DNA of 64,000 nucleotides from Dimorphilus gyrociliatus (GCA_904063045.1 CAJFCJ010000004.1:2225713-2289712), one strand, 5' to 3'; counted from the stretch's first letter, positions 1 to 13,000 are shown. The notes: generated by a model from the sequence alone, not told the origin. Translations and numbers: made by a program.

Positions 1-836
1 AAAGGCTGAGAGAAGGAGGGGCTTAGTAGGTTTTCAAGGGATCTTTTGAACAGTTTTAGGCCTATGAAGAGGTACATTTGGCTCTTTAAATTTTTGGCAG
101 CGAAAAATGCATAATGAAACGAAAATAATTTTTATTATAAGCCATTCAAGCTTAAAGATTTAATTATCAGCACTGTAGACCAATATAAGCGGTATTTGGA
201 AAGTGTTTTCTTACTTTATAAGCGCCTTATACAATCTCTAATAATTGCAATAAATTTCATGACAATAAAGTCAAAATTGGTACTTCTGCTTCTTTTTTGA
301 ATATTTTTTATATGACAATAAAGAATTAATATTTCTCCAATTTCCTTTGATATATATAATATTTATATATATATATATATATTGTATATACTCGTATTTA
401 TAAATTAAATATCTTTTAAACGAAATGAATGACAATCATACTCTAAAGATTATTTACCAAGGATTCTCTAACTTTGATCGGAACCGCCTAGATTTTGTGT
501 TTTTTTTCTTTTTCGTCGCTAGTTTAGTTTATAAGGCTACATCATTGACTGTTTACGTTACGGATTTATTTTAAGGCAAAGACGAGAGAATAGAGGATAC
601 AATAGTGGAAATAAATTTATTTTTCTCTTTTTCCTCCTTCTCTATTCAAGAAAATAGCTGTTTAAGTTTTCTAATCCGGTATTGGTAAGGAAAATTGAAA
701 ATTTATTTACAGCCTGACAAAGTTCTTTTGTTATCTTTTGATTTTTTTTCTTTCGTTGAAAGACATTTTTTTCTATGATTAATTTTAATGTCCTTCCTCT
801 CTATTCCTTTTTTTCGGCTATCTACCTATCTATCTA

Positions 837-840
<4 letters not shown>

Positions 841-885
<45 letters not shown>
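841..885. repeat. (TC)n microsatellite
   Basis: Perfect dinucleotide run read directly from the sequence. Confidence 0.95.
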
Positions 886-886
<1 letters not shown>

Positions 887-1752
887 GTCTTTCTCTCCGT
901 TCTTTCGCTTCTTTCTCCCACGGACACCTTCTTCTTCACAATCTAACACCAATTCTACCTGTCTCCTTAATTTTCTTTTAATTCTCAGTAAAGCGTGATC
1001 TCTCTCACTCCTTAATTTTAGAATGTTGTTAGTCTTTTTTCACAATAAATTCTATGCACTCGTAAATCCTGTTGTTGATTTATATTACGGATTAGGCGAT
1101 AAAAGAAAACTTGTTACTCATATTGTGAGAAAATATTTTGGCGTTTCTTTCTTCTATTTTTAATTTAACTTACAATAAGGGTCATTTAAGACTTTCAAGT
1201 GGTACTCTTCAAAAATCTTAGGCCCAAAAAAGCTCGTAATTCGCTTTTACGGCCTCTTTCATAACAAAACCGTATGTTAATTAAGTCTTTGGAGATTGAA
1301 TTCTTTTTCTAAGGAAGGATATTTAATGAACTGACCAAAGTTTAATTACAAGTTATTTAATTGCCTACGAGTATAAAATTAATTAAACTAATTTCATGAT
1401 AGGGAGATAGATGTACAATACAAATAGATATGTTCCTATATTTCTAAGAGATCCTATCGACAATAACCCGGACAAGGAAAGAAAATACAAAGATTTCTTT
1501 GTTTTCACCTATTGATAAAAGATCTTTAAAATTATTAATTACAGTTAAGGTATTATTAATTATTTTGATAAATTATTCAATTTTCTCATATTGAAGCTGA
1601 ATAGAAAAGTTTTTTACTGCCAAGTTTATGAAATTGAGGGATAAGAAAAAAATGATCGCTTTTAAAGAGATTGACAAGTCAAAGAAAATAGAAAAGTAAA
1701 GAAGGTAAAGAACAGCTCCTGTTAGACGAGATATTGAGATAAACAAGAATAC

Positions 1753-3167
1753 AGTTTTTTGAATAGCTTGCGGAAATGATGAAAGTAAGAAGCGATTGAA
1801 GTCGCCTCGGGCAACCTCTTCATACATTTTAAATTGACTCTTTTCCTTCTCTTTTACGTCTTCGCAAACATAAAACTATTCTATTTTCTTTAAGGAAAAA
1901 AAATGTTTCATAGGTTTTGATATATAAAAATTTAATGGTAGAAGTAACAATGATTAATGGTCTATTGGCTAGAAAAGAAAACTATCAATCTATATATCTA
2001 TATAGATAGAAATTCCTATCTCTATAAAGGTGATATATACTATAGAATACAAATATATATGTTCAAATAGCTATATATGTAACTTTGAAAGATTTTATGA
2101 ACACAGAACCGCTATAATTATCTGGCATTGTGAACAAAGAAGTTTTTTAATCAATCATATAAAAAAATATATATAAAGGGTAAATACCAATAGTACTATG
2201 CATACTTTTTAATGCGTAATCCCTATATATACCTACATTCGATACAGATAGAATTATAAACCGAATTACATGCCATTTAGATAAACCAATTTTTGGATAG
2301 CTTCACGTAGAAAGAGAACGAGAAAAGGGAATAGATAGATAGATAGAATGAGAGAGAGAGAGAGAGAGAGAAAGAAGAAAGAAAGGTATAAATAGTAAAA
2401 GAAGGATGGAGAGGCTATCTCTTCACTTCTTGCCTTCAATCTTAAAAAAAATCGAAAACTACAATAAAAGCTTTTTGATTTATAAATAAAAAGATACTCT
2501 ATTTATATAACGGTATAGAAAATTTGATAAAATTAACATGGAAATATATGGCTTTTCTTCTTTTTTTAACATTTACAACATTCTTTTGAATGGATATTTA
2601 TTGTTAGACATTTTATTTATGCTATTAATTTTTTTAAATTGATTCATAAACTATCTTTAATTCACTTTTTCTCTCTCCTATTCTCTCTTTCTCTTTACCA
2701 TTTTTTCTATGAAAACCGCAACTCTTCCCTAATCTTTTTACTCTAGTAAATTTCTTTCAATTGACTATTTTCTATTTTATCTAGCTTTTCTTTGATTCTA
2801 AAATTTTTTTCTTATTATAAATATATAATATAAAGATTTTAAAATTGAAATTTTTACGCTATTCAAGCTGTTCAAGTGCTGACAATTTCTCGAATTACAA
2901 AAAGAGCACTCGGTCATATTTACTAGCTGATCTTTCCTCACATTCTTCCCTAGAGAAGAAAGGAAAAGAAATTTCTTTGCCTCCTTTTTTTTATCGGAAA
3001 ATTCTATCAGTAAGGCAAGATAAGTTATCAAGCGCTCAGCATGTAAGTAAACAAGTATCTTCGTAAATAAATAATTTCAGTTAATTATATCCAATATATA
3101 TGTTTAACTCACCACTATCGAATAAGATTATTTGCAGAAGCCAGATTACTAACGCCTGATAATCCAT
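1753..3167 (-). CDS. Putative unrecognised gene, 5' part (signal-peptide-like exon followed by a Cys-containing exon); 3' end not resolved
   Basis: Exon 3113-3167 has an ATG in AATATGG context, reads MDYQALVIWLLQIILFDS and ends at a strong donor G|GTGAGT (phase 1). Exon 2858-2949 follows a strong acceptor ttcttttcctttcttctctag and only the phase-1 frame is open (GKNVRKDQLVNMTECSFCNSRNCQHLNSLNS). A candidate exon from 1875 is open in phase 0 (FYVCEDVKEKEKSQFKMYEEVARGDFNRFLLSSFPQAIQKT), with a weak donor at 1753 or read-through to the stop at 1573. No family recognised. Confidence 0.5.
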
Positions 3168-3232
3168 ATTCGCCGCTAACCGACGAGCAAATAACAACGG
3201 GCATCTGCGAACTTTAGATAGGCCTTGAAAGG

Positions 3233-3299
3233 GTCACGTGAACAGCATTCTTAGCCAATCAGCACTAAGTATTTTAAAACAAAGATAGCCTATTGGCTA
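3233..3299. promoter_or_regulatory. Promoter-like module: E-box plus inverted CCAAT pair
   Basis: GTCACGTG at 3233-3240, TAGCCAAT at 3252-3259 and its exact inverse ATTGGCTA at 3292-3299. It lies ~70-130 nt upstream of the minus-strand ATG at 3167 and upstream of a plus-strand donor CAG|GTAAAT at 3375/3376. Confidence 0.55.
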
Positions 3300-6123
3300 C
3301 GATAGAGTGTATAATCAAAAATTTTTGCCTGTATATATATCTCTTTTCAACAAGAAAAATATTAGTATATTTCAGGTAAATCGTAATCAATTAACTGTAC
3401 TATAGTAGATCTATTGATAGAGCTAACTATAGAATAATTTTGATGACTTTATTTAGCCATAAAACGCGCATAAATCAGGATTTAAGGATTAAGTAAAAAC
3501 ATTGCTATAAAATATACTATGATTGTATAATGAAGTTGTTTTTAGAGTTAAAAATTATTTTTAGACATTACCATGGTGAAAATCTAAGCTAAGCAATTTT
3601 TCGTCTGAAATTTCATATTTTGACAATTGTTTAGCAATAAAATAGAAGATTTATTAGTATTTTATTACCAATAGATTATTAGACATACCAGGTGATGAAG
3701 ACAGGAATTTTTTCAACTCTTAAAAATTCCTTTTTTCTTCTATTTTTATCTATGAAGAATATTAATTAAACGTTTTTAAAGATAAAAAAATCCAATTGAA
3801 AAATTCTTTGAAGATTTCAACAAAAAAAAGAATCTGCTATTAAAGTAGACGGGTCGGTGGAAAAAGTAGCTGGTCTGTTCTTTATATAAGTAAAGTTTAA
3901 TTTTTAACTACAAATTCTCTAAAATTAACAATTGTATTATTGTTTTTCTCTTATTTACACATTAGAGAATTAGGATTATCGTTTACAGGTACTTTTAAAA
4001 GTTTGCTTGAAATCAATTAATTGTTAAATAAACTCACTATTATCACAAATTGAATAGCTAATAATATGAGGTATGGTAGGGTACGATAAAGGTTATTCGG
4101 GCTTTGGCCTTAAACCGCAAATATCTATTAAAAACTTTTTACTGTAAGGATTTTTACTTTTTTCTTAATTTGAAGGGATAATATTTTTGAAAAAGATTCA
4201 ATCCAAGTGCAGGAAAAGCTAAGTAAACTGTACTTAAAAAAAATAACATTCGGCTAAATAAAGCCAAATATGTGTTCCTTGATCATTTTTAGTATTCCTA
4301 TGTACTGTATATCATATAAATATGATAGATCCTCTAAGGGGGAAATGGGAGATAAGCGTTAAAGGAAATATTCGCGTTGGATATGACTATTTCGAATAGC
4401 GGTATGCAAATGAGTCAGGTGATTAAAGGATGTTTCAAGAGCCTTCTTGAATGCAAATGACGGTCGTTTAGCGGCTATTATGGAATATTTTCAACAGGGA
4501 TCAAAAGATGGGGCGGTTGGATTCTCTTAGCCGTGAAACTTTGACGGCATGAAAGTTGTTTTTATCTTTATCTCTGTGGTATATTGCAATTCCCTTCATA
4601 TTCTTACAATAAAAGCAAAAAGAGCGACTTTGTTGACGGATAAACGATGCGAAAAAGGTGACAGGGGTCAAATAAATAAGCGAAGGATTAAAGGCTATAT
4701 CGGCGCGTGCAAATCTCCTGAAAGTAGTCAAATCGTTCGAAAATATCGTATCAAGTTACGATCTATGAAAGGAACCCGTATTTTTATAAGCGTCCTTCAA
4801 TAGATGGCGCTTCCTCTATTTCTATACCTTTAATAGAATTTGATACTCCCTATTTAGGCCTAACTTGATTTGTATTTTTTTTCGTCAGAGGGCAGTTTTA
4901 GTCATAACTCTGCTGAATTTTCTGCTAATTAGTTAACCTATACAGGGAGGTTAGGTGATAAGACTGGTTCGTATTTGATCCTTCTGACCTTCCTATGGCT
5001 CGTAAATCTGGCATCAATTGCATTACCGGGGCGTGCAGTTGCATTTTGGTCAATTAGAAGTTTCTTTATACCTCAGTATATTTATCTCTTTCTCCTCCTC
5101 TTTCTCTCCTTCTATTCTATCTTTCGTTTACCTTCTCTCATTCAGCCTCTTTACAATATTACAATAAAAAAATCAGAGTAATGTAAAAAGATAGAATTTA
5201 GTTATTTTAGTAGTAAAAAACAATATTTGGATTTTTGTAAGTAAGCTTTTAGCAGTTGAATCGATCCAAAAAATAAAAATAAAAACCGTTTAAATAATAA
5301 AAATAAACGTTTTTAATGTAAATCATTAACCTTCATTTCTCTTTTAAAGAGAAACAATAATAATAAAGAGTTTACTTTGTCATTAAAGTAATTTTTTTAT
5401 ATGCTAAGAAGAAAACAAAAGAAAGGTAAATAGGCTGAAGGTTATTTGAACATCTTCTGCTACTTTATTAGCTTGACTTCTTATAGGTATTATCTAGTGA
5501 AGCGAGCCAATTAAGATGAGAAAAATATCCTCTCTCAAGTGTGAACTTTATTAAATTAGGGTATATAAAGCATAAACCGAAACTAATTATTACTGTGATT
5601 ATGACGATGCCAAAGTTTACAATATTCCTTACGGTAGATGGCGTCTAGTATCGGCAGTCTGTCATCTACACCGTTAAGGAGGAATAATAAGATTCTTTTT
5701 TGATAACCCATTTATCTTCTTTGACCTTTTTGCAAAATATTTCTTAACAATTTTTATATGAAAAATCAATTATCTTCACAAGGCTCTTCTTCCTATTTCT
5801 ATTTCGCCATACGAAATTTAAGTATCATTATTGTAAGTTTGGAAATGATAATTACATGATAAGTTACTTTTAATAATAACAACACGAATTAATTATATTG
5901 CAACATTTATTTACTAAGGATAAAGACAAGAGTATTTCTGAAGTAGACTAAGCATTTTATGATTGCTCTGAAGTGGAACTTTTATACTAGCTAAGCTTTT
6001 TTTTGAACAAGCTAATACGTTTCTTTTTGAACATACCGCCAAGTGCCAAGTATAATTAATGGATTAATTCTTTTTAACTTCTGAAACTACCACAACAAAT
6101 AAATTGACCATTCTTCATAATTT

Positions 6124-8854
6124 TTAAGCAATGGATATAGAGTGGATACGCCTGATGGCGTGTTGTAAATGAGTCAGATCCGCTTTCATCGACTGAACCG
6201 TTTCGCTAATGGCTTCCGAATTGTTCAAAAGTTTGACTGACTGAGTGTAAGGATCATAACGAACTTCATATGGTCTCTTAATCTGAGAAGAGTATTGTCG
6301 AAGTTTCTCCATCATAGTTTCAAAACTCTCAGCCACAAAGTAAAGCGGTTGATAATCTGATTTTTGTTTGTTTTACAAAGATTAATGAGAAATTTCTGAA
6401 TGGTTATTTACTATCAAAATAATACCTTGATCTTGATAAGGTTGAATAGAGGTCGTATCAGGATCGAAAGGACGTCTCTCTGGCACGTCACTTAAAGCGT
6501 GTTCTAATTCACCAAATGCCGATAATAGCCCTGCTCCATAAGCGCGAATTTCCCCTTTTTCCTTACACAGTCCAAATTCAACTGTGAACCAATAGAGTGT
6601 TGCGAATTTTTCGATGTCTTCGTCGCTAGCTCCTAAAGAAGCTAGACCAATCTCCTGTGAAAATTCAGCAAAGTAAGGATCAGCCAACATTGGTACGTGC
6701 CCAAGAAGTTCGTGAACGCAATCAGGTTCAACTGTATGTTCAGGAGCTGAATGATGACGAACATACTGCGTACATTGGAAAACCCTGAACGCCAAGCTAG
6801 CCAAAAAATCTCTTGCTGATAATAAGCCAGCAACTGGTCGCAATTGGAAACCAGACAGCCTTTGTAGAAATTCGGAGACCTTTCTTAATTGTGGAACTTC
6901 GGTTTGGGAATAAACTTTTTCAGCCTCCAGTTTGGCAAAAGCTCTGTTAAATTGTTTACAAGCGTGGGTAGGATAAAGCTTTTTTAACATTGAATACACG
7001 TGGAACCATGTCCTATTCTCATTCTCACTATATTCTACATCCGGTATTATTTCACCACTAAAAAGGAAAAAAACGTGTAACAAGCTATCGATTTATAATA
7101 ATATTTATAGAATATTCTGTCTTCTCTTAGAAAAGAAGATAAAGAGTATACTGTGTATAAATTGTTATGTTGAGATATATTACTGTTTATAGTTAAATGC
7201 CAAATCAGCAATATGCTGACGTCGATTTCTGTATACTTTATCGGAAAAGCCTGGATGGTTGAAATCTAAATCTGGATCATATTTGGTTAGGAGGTGATTA
7301 CATTTGTCTAGGTCGGAAATATGAGTAGGGATCCAAATATCTGTAATAGTATAATTAGAACAATAGTATGACATTGAAAACAAGATCAATTAACCTTTGT
7401 AAATATGCTTGTCCGGTCCATCATCTTCAATAATCTTAAGTTTACATATTTCAGGCAGGGAATTTATCAATTTTATTATCGAATCACTATGCCCTTCGGT
7501 ACAGACCATACCAAAAAAGACATCAGCCTTACGATCTTTCTTATTGTTACTTCTCGATTCGATATGTTCCAATCGAACTTGACTTAATTTCTATTTGAAC
7601 AAGAGAGAAAAACCTTAAATGAAATTTAATCCGGTTGCACAAAAGTTAAATGCTGTTTATATATGAATATTAACAATATTTCTCTACTTTTCATATTAGA
7701 TTGTACAAATATAAAAAGCTATTTTTAACAAAGAAAAATATTAAATACGACAAAATCAACTATAAAAGATTGTTTGTCACGCGACCAAACGACGACAGAT
7801 CGATTTCGATAAATAAAAAGTCCGACTTTTGCTCTCTACATCGATAATTAGGTGACGCGAACTGCAATACAGCAATATGCACTCCGTCCTTGTAAAGGCG
7901 CATTTCCTGATAATTTTCATACTATTTTTACGCTAAAATCGGATAATGCGAGAGAGAAGTGTGTCGAAATTTCTTCCTTTTCTTGTATTCTTTCCCATTT
8001 TGTGGTCGTATATATATATATAAATTTATAGATATATATATACTGTATATATATATATATATATTATACTATATATAAGAGTTCTGTATGAACTATTTAT
8101 ATAATAGTATATCCGCTATGTGCAAATACAATATACATGTATCAAATATACAATGTATACATATTTATTTGTACATACTTTTTATTTTTTACTTAACAAA
8201 CTACTAAAGTAAACTTTGCAGATTAAATCCAACACAATAGATTAATCGATTATTGAAATATACTCTGGTTATTTTCTAATGAGAATTTCACTTAAGCGCT
8301 ACTTTAAAAAGTCTTGAAACGTCAGATAATCCGATTTATTTCAAGGGTGAGAACAAAAGGGAAAGTAGGGTACTTTATAATATAGTTTTTTTTTAATCCT
8401 ATTTATGGAAACTTTTATTTAAATGTTATTTTATTTATAAAAATAATAATTTATTGCTTTAATTCTTATTATCCATTGTTAAGCTGGTCTATAAATTTAT
8501 ATATACTGTTTAATTACCTCAATTTCTGATAAGATTCTCCACACGTGACTTATATCGAAAAGAGTTACAATGAATGATAATGGAACTGTATTTTCGATAA
8601 TTTTCTTATCATCATCAGGTTTTTCTAATTTTTCAAATTCAGCATTAGTTACTGTATCGAATTTAGCATCTTCTATTAAACTGCGATGTTTCCACGATCC
8701 GTGCTGAAATTGTAAGTTTTTTTTAATAAAATAATAAATATCTTGTTTTATAGTTTTGCTAAAAGAAAAATATTATCTCTTTTATACTTACTTCTTGGCT
8801 ATAACCTTTTTGAAAAGCCAAGCGTCTAGCAGCCGTTTCGGCGTCTGTATCCAT
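6124..8854 (-). CDS. TH: Tyrosine 3-monooxygenase (tyrosine hydroxylase), complete, 488 aa
   Basis: Exons 8792-8854, 8518-8703, 7395-7590, 7184-7340, 6426-7057 and 6124-6356 (1467 nt), all GT-AG and phase-consistent. The N-terminus [27 protein letters not shown] resembles the TH regulatory segment. It has an ACT-domain HIESR motif and iron-ligand motifs HELLGH and [28 protein letters not shown] and QPYQDQ (Asp equivalent to rat TH D425) favour TH over PAH or TPH. Confidence 0.96.
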
Positions 8855-10049
8855 CGCCAATTAGATTTCAAATGACTGGTCTGTCGCCAATAGTTCGAGT
8901 GTTACCAATAGCTCATTGACTATTCTCTCGTTTAAAAACCTATCAGCTATTGCAATTAATTAAAAAGAAATTTCCCAGAATTAGTTGATTTACTATGACA
9001 TTTTTGTTATACTTTAAATTATTTTAGGTCAAAATTAGCAACAGTAACTCATTTAATACATATATGTTTCTAACGTTCCTCTCTAATAATCAATATAAGC
9101 GGAAATTGAACAAATATCGAATGGTGGGCATATTTTGGCATAGAATTTTTTTCCGGTCATTCCGTATGTAGTTAGCCGGTATGGAAATGACTTGGGTTCC
9201 TTTCTATAGTTTCGAAAAAGGATTCTTATTATAAAACTTAAATTAAGCTCTTAAGAAATTTTTTTCCAGAAGAAAGCTAATTAGTCAACTATACACTGTA
9301 AATAAAACCTTCTATTTTCCAGGTATTGCGTATATTTGAATAAATAAATAAATATATATATAAATATATATATAAATAGTACAGTATATACATTTCTGTT
9401 CCTTATAAAAAGTACAGATGGCGTTAGCATCATGCCCGTAACAAAATTAACTTGGTACTCTTCCCTATTTTTATAAAAGTTATTTCCCTTACAATTTTAT
9501 TTTATATTTAAATTCATTAATCAAATAAAGTTAATGTAAGAAACCTTTTCATTCTTTCACTTAAGCTAGATTAAAACTTATTAATAAGAAACTCAATTTC
9601 CTCTTTCTAGTCTTAAGTATTAAAGAACTTTCAAATTATTCAAAGTTTATTTATATTTCATATTAGGACAAATTCGTTAAAAGAATATAGAAGAGAAAAG
9701 AGGAGGAAAATTTAGTATTTTCTCTCTTTCTTTTCCCTTTTATTCATTTATCCCTTAAAATTTATTGATCAATTAAGTTTAATTTATTTATACACTTTTT
9801 TTAAACCTCTATTTATTAAAATTAAATAGAAACAGATTGATGGAAATGTTTTATAATAAAAAAACAACAAGAAGTAGAAATGTAGGAAGAGAAAAGCGGC
9901 GTAAATATCAGAGATATACGATTAATATCAATACGTTTGAAAACATGATATTATTAGTTTATCTGAGACTGCACAGTGAAATTAATTAATGACGAGTTTG
10001 ATAATAGCCTCATATGCTAATACATATATATAACTATCCATTTATTTTT

Positions 10050-10083
<34 letters not shown>

Positions 10084-13000
10084 CATTATACAGAATACTC
10101 TGCGTGTTTCCTCAACGGAAGATCCAAACTGTGAGGATAATGAAAATATGAAATTTCAAATAATCTTATTGCTATTGGAATAATAATTAAAAATTCTTTG
10201 TTTCGCTTTACCGCTTTGTATTTCTTTTTTTAAGGTTTCTAGAAGAAAATATATCAACAACATTTTAAAGGAGAGTATACATTTTCCTTTCATCCAACAA
10301 TAATTAAAGAAGCAAGCCATTACGATAATAATACTGAAATAGATTTATTTCGTCCTTGTTTCTAAAAGAATTGACTTTTTCAGTTATAAATTGCTAATAG
10401 ATATCTTTGTGCTTCAACTGTAGTCTAATTAAATATATACATTTCAATAGAACGTTTGGGCGTCTATTTGTTTTTGGATGATCTAGATATGTTTCCATGT
10501 TAAAATTAAACTAAAAACTGATCGCAAATTTAAAACCAGACATGGATATATATCAGCAGTTACTCTGATACGATTTTTGTATTTGTTATACTTCTTCTCT
10601 AGAATTAGATTCCGTGTTCTTTTCATCCTCTTTCGCCTCTTTTGTCGTATTTTTTGCTATTTTATAAAGAAAGATGACTCTTACAGAATAGCTTGCACAA
10701 TAAAAATTGATAATTTCGATCCATAAATGCAAAAATATAATAGCTAGAAAATTTGGAAATATGCTTTCATTGATTTATTATAAAAATTTAAGTAGAACTA
10801 CATAGATACTTTGTCTTTTAATAAAAAATAAATGAGCGTATGTCAGCTATTTTTTGATATTGATATCTGCTAAGCCTAGATGTTCGAAAACAAAATCCGG
10901 ATTATATTTACTTATCAGGTGAGAGCATTTGTCTGACTAGGGAACATAAGAAGAACTTCAAATATCTGAAATGATACAAACAGATACTATACATCATATG
11001 GTTGTCGATAGATTTTATATAATATTTTGAAAGAGAAATAATGATTTTTTTCCACATAGAATTGCGTTGATCTTTATCTCTCGTCTTAATCTCAACAAAA
11101 TCTAACGTTATCCTTTTGATCTCATCTTCTTATTTTTATAAATTCAATATTATATTAATTCCTGTTGATAAATGAAAAACAAAATATAAAATAAGGAAAA
11201 ATGGCTTAACTTTCAAATATATGAACAAAAAAATGATAAATAAAGAATGTATTATCATTCGTCTATTTCAGCTTATCCAAGCGTTATAGTGTTAAATTAA
11301 CACTTTTAATAAGTAAAGTTAAGAAAAGCGTTCTTCTCTTTTTTCTCTTTATATTTCCTTAATGGTTTTATTTATAGTCTATGAATATTAATAAACTAAA
11401 AAAAAAATTATTTAAATATAACTTCCTCTTCGTTATCCATGTAGTTGTCCTTAAAAAACAAAAACGACTTAATTAATATTCATATATTCGAAAAGAGGAA
11501 ATGTTTAAAATGATTTCTATATTTCTTCTTCTTCTTCTTCTTATAAAAATGTATTGGAAAAATTATTCGTTTAATTTAAATATTTTATTATTGGACCATC
11601 GAGTATGACAAGTTTTCTTGACTCAGTAAACAAGCGAATGATGCAACGACATGAAAACGATTTGTCTTTTTCTCTTTTTTTTTTATTTCATATCTTTATA
11701 TCTATTTATTTTTCCTTTTTACATATTTTCTTCATCTCTTTAAAAGCTATATTGATAGTAATATTATTCCAATGTTGCAGATAGTTCCCTTGCTTTTCAT
11801 TCGTAATAACACATCCGGTTATCTCACACTAAAACGTACAAAATATTGACTTTGAAGTAGATGCATTCTATGTAAAAATATTACAACTGTCCTCAACTTT
11901 TATTAAGTCATATATTCATCATATACGATTTATAGATTTCTATATTACTTCCGTAATTTTGACTGATTTTCTTTACTAAATAACTTAAGCCTATACTATA
12001 TACGCGTTGGTAGATATATTGTATATAGCCCTACATAAAATATTTATTTTTTTTTCGCCGCTAACGCCCTCTATTTTATGAAAACTGCAGAGAACTCTTT
12101 CTAGGAGATGGTAAATAGTTTCTTAAATTTAAATGTAGTATTTAAACATTTATTATAAAATTTCCGTTTCCTAAAAGAAAAATCTGGAAAAATTGGAAAA
12201 AAAAAGAAAATGTAAAAGTCTGACTTAAGTTCAGCTTAATTGGGTTTAAGTGTTTTTCTTTTTTGAAGACTTTTTATAGATCAAAGGTGAAAAAATCCTT
12301 AAAATTTTTTTAATTAAATCGAAACTAATTCTATTAAAGTATTATCTAACTTTAATTGAGAGTAATACTCTCTTAGGGGAAATAGTTTACCTGTTAGAAA
12401 TGGGGTTTGTTTTCGGCCTATATCAACTGAGAAAAGTTATTAAGTCGTCTACTGCTATATATAAAAAGGAGTTTTAATTTTTTTCTTTCGTAAATTATAT
12501 CTTATTTAAAGTGTGAAAATTAAGCTGTGTTTGCCTTTTTACTTAATACAAAAGAAAGGGATTTTCTTCCCTATCCCAAATGGAGATTAAGTTCTCTATC
12601 CAATATACTTAAAAATTCATTAACTTTTCAAATTAATTTGCCATGAAGCTATCAAATCCACAATAGCTTAAACATATTATAAATGATAAGACGAGTAAAA
12701 ATTAATATATTAGTATATCATAAACAGTTTTCCTCTGTTAAATTAATAGAATAGCAAATGTGCTAAAACTGTTTAATATCCTCCCACATTATAATATTCT
12801 AATGTAAAGTAATAGCCTTTAATTAATGGAAGAAAGTCATTAAAATTTCACTCAAAGCGTTTAATGTAAACTTTGTAGAAGTTAGAATTTTTGTATTATT
12901 AATAGGAAAAAGAGAGTCTTAATCTCTCTCTCTTTTTCTCTTTATATATACAGTATATATATATATATATGTATATGTATACAGTATATGCACGTCTGTT

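Noticed and set aside
775-981. Short ORFs rich in SL/YI/LS repeats (also 13956-14240, 14005-14226, 14840-15043, 18646-18837, 20849-21121, 23969-24337, 25701-25937, 27878-28084, 49609-49830, 57617-57937)
   Set aside because: They are translations of (CT)n/(TA)n microsatellites and AT-rich low-complexity DNA, with no protein-like features.
2845-3066. Plus-strand ORF with a GTAAGT donor at 3043
   Set aside because: It overlaps the better-supported minus-strand exon 2858-2949 in antisense. It has no convincing partner exon or PDZ-gene similarity.
5722-5729. NBRE (AAAGGTCA) sites near TH at 5722 and 14796, suggestive of Nurr1/NR4A control
   Set aside because: About two copies are expected by chance in the window, and others lie far from TH (50571, 52874, 57060).
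9153-9195. Bulged ~12-15 bp hairpin ~300 nt upstream of the TH ATG
   Set aside because: It is short and G-U rich, too small for a pre-miRNA, and matches no miRNA I recognise.
10880-10918. Possible 39-nt phase-1 cassette exon (VRKQNPDYIYLS) with donor CAG|GTGAGA
   Set aside because: The acceptor is weak and there is no recognisable similarity; it cannot be supported without transcript data.
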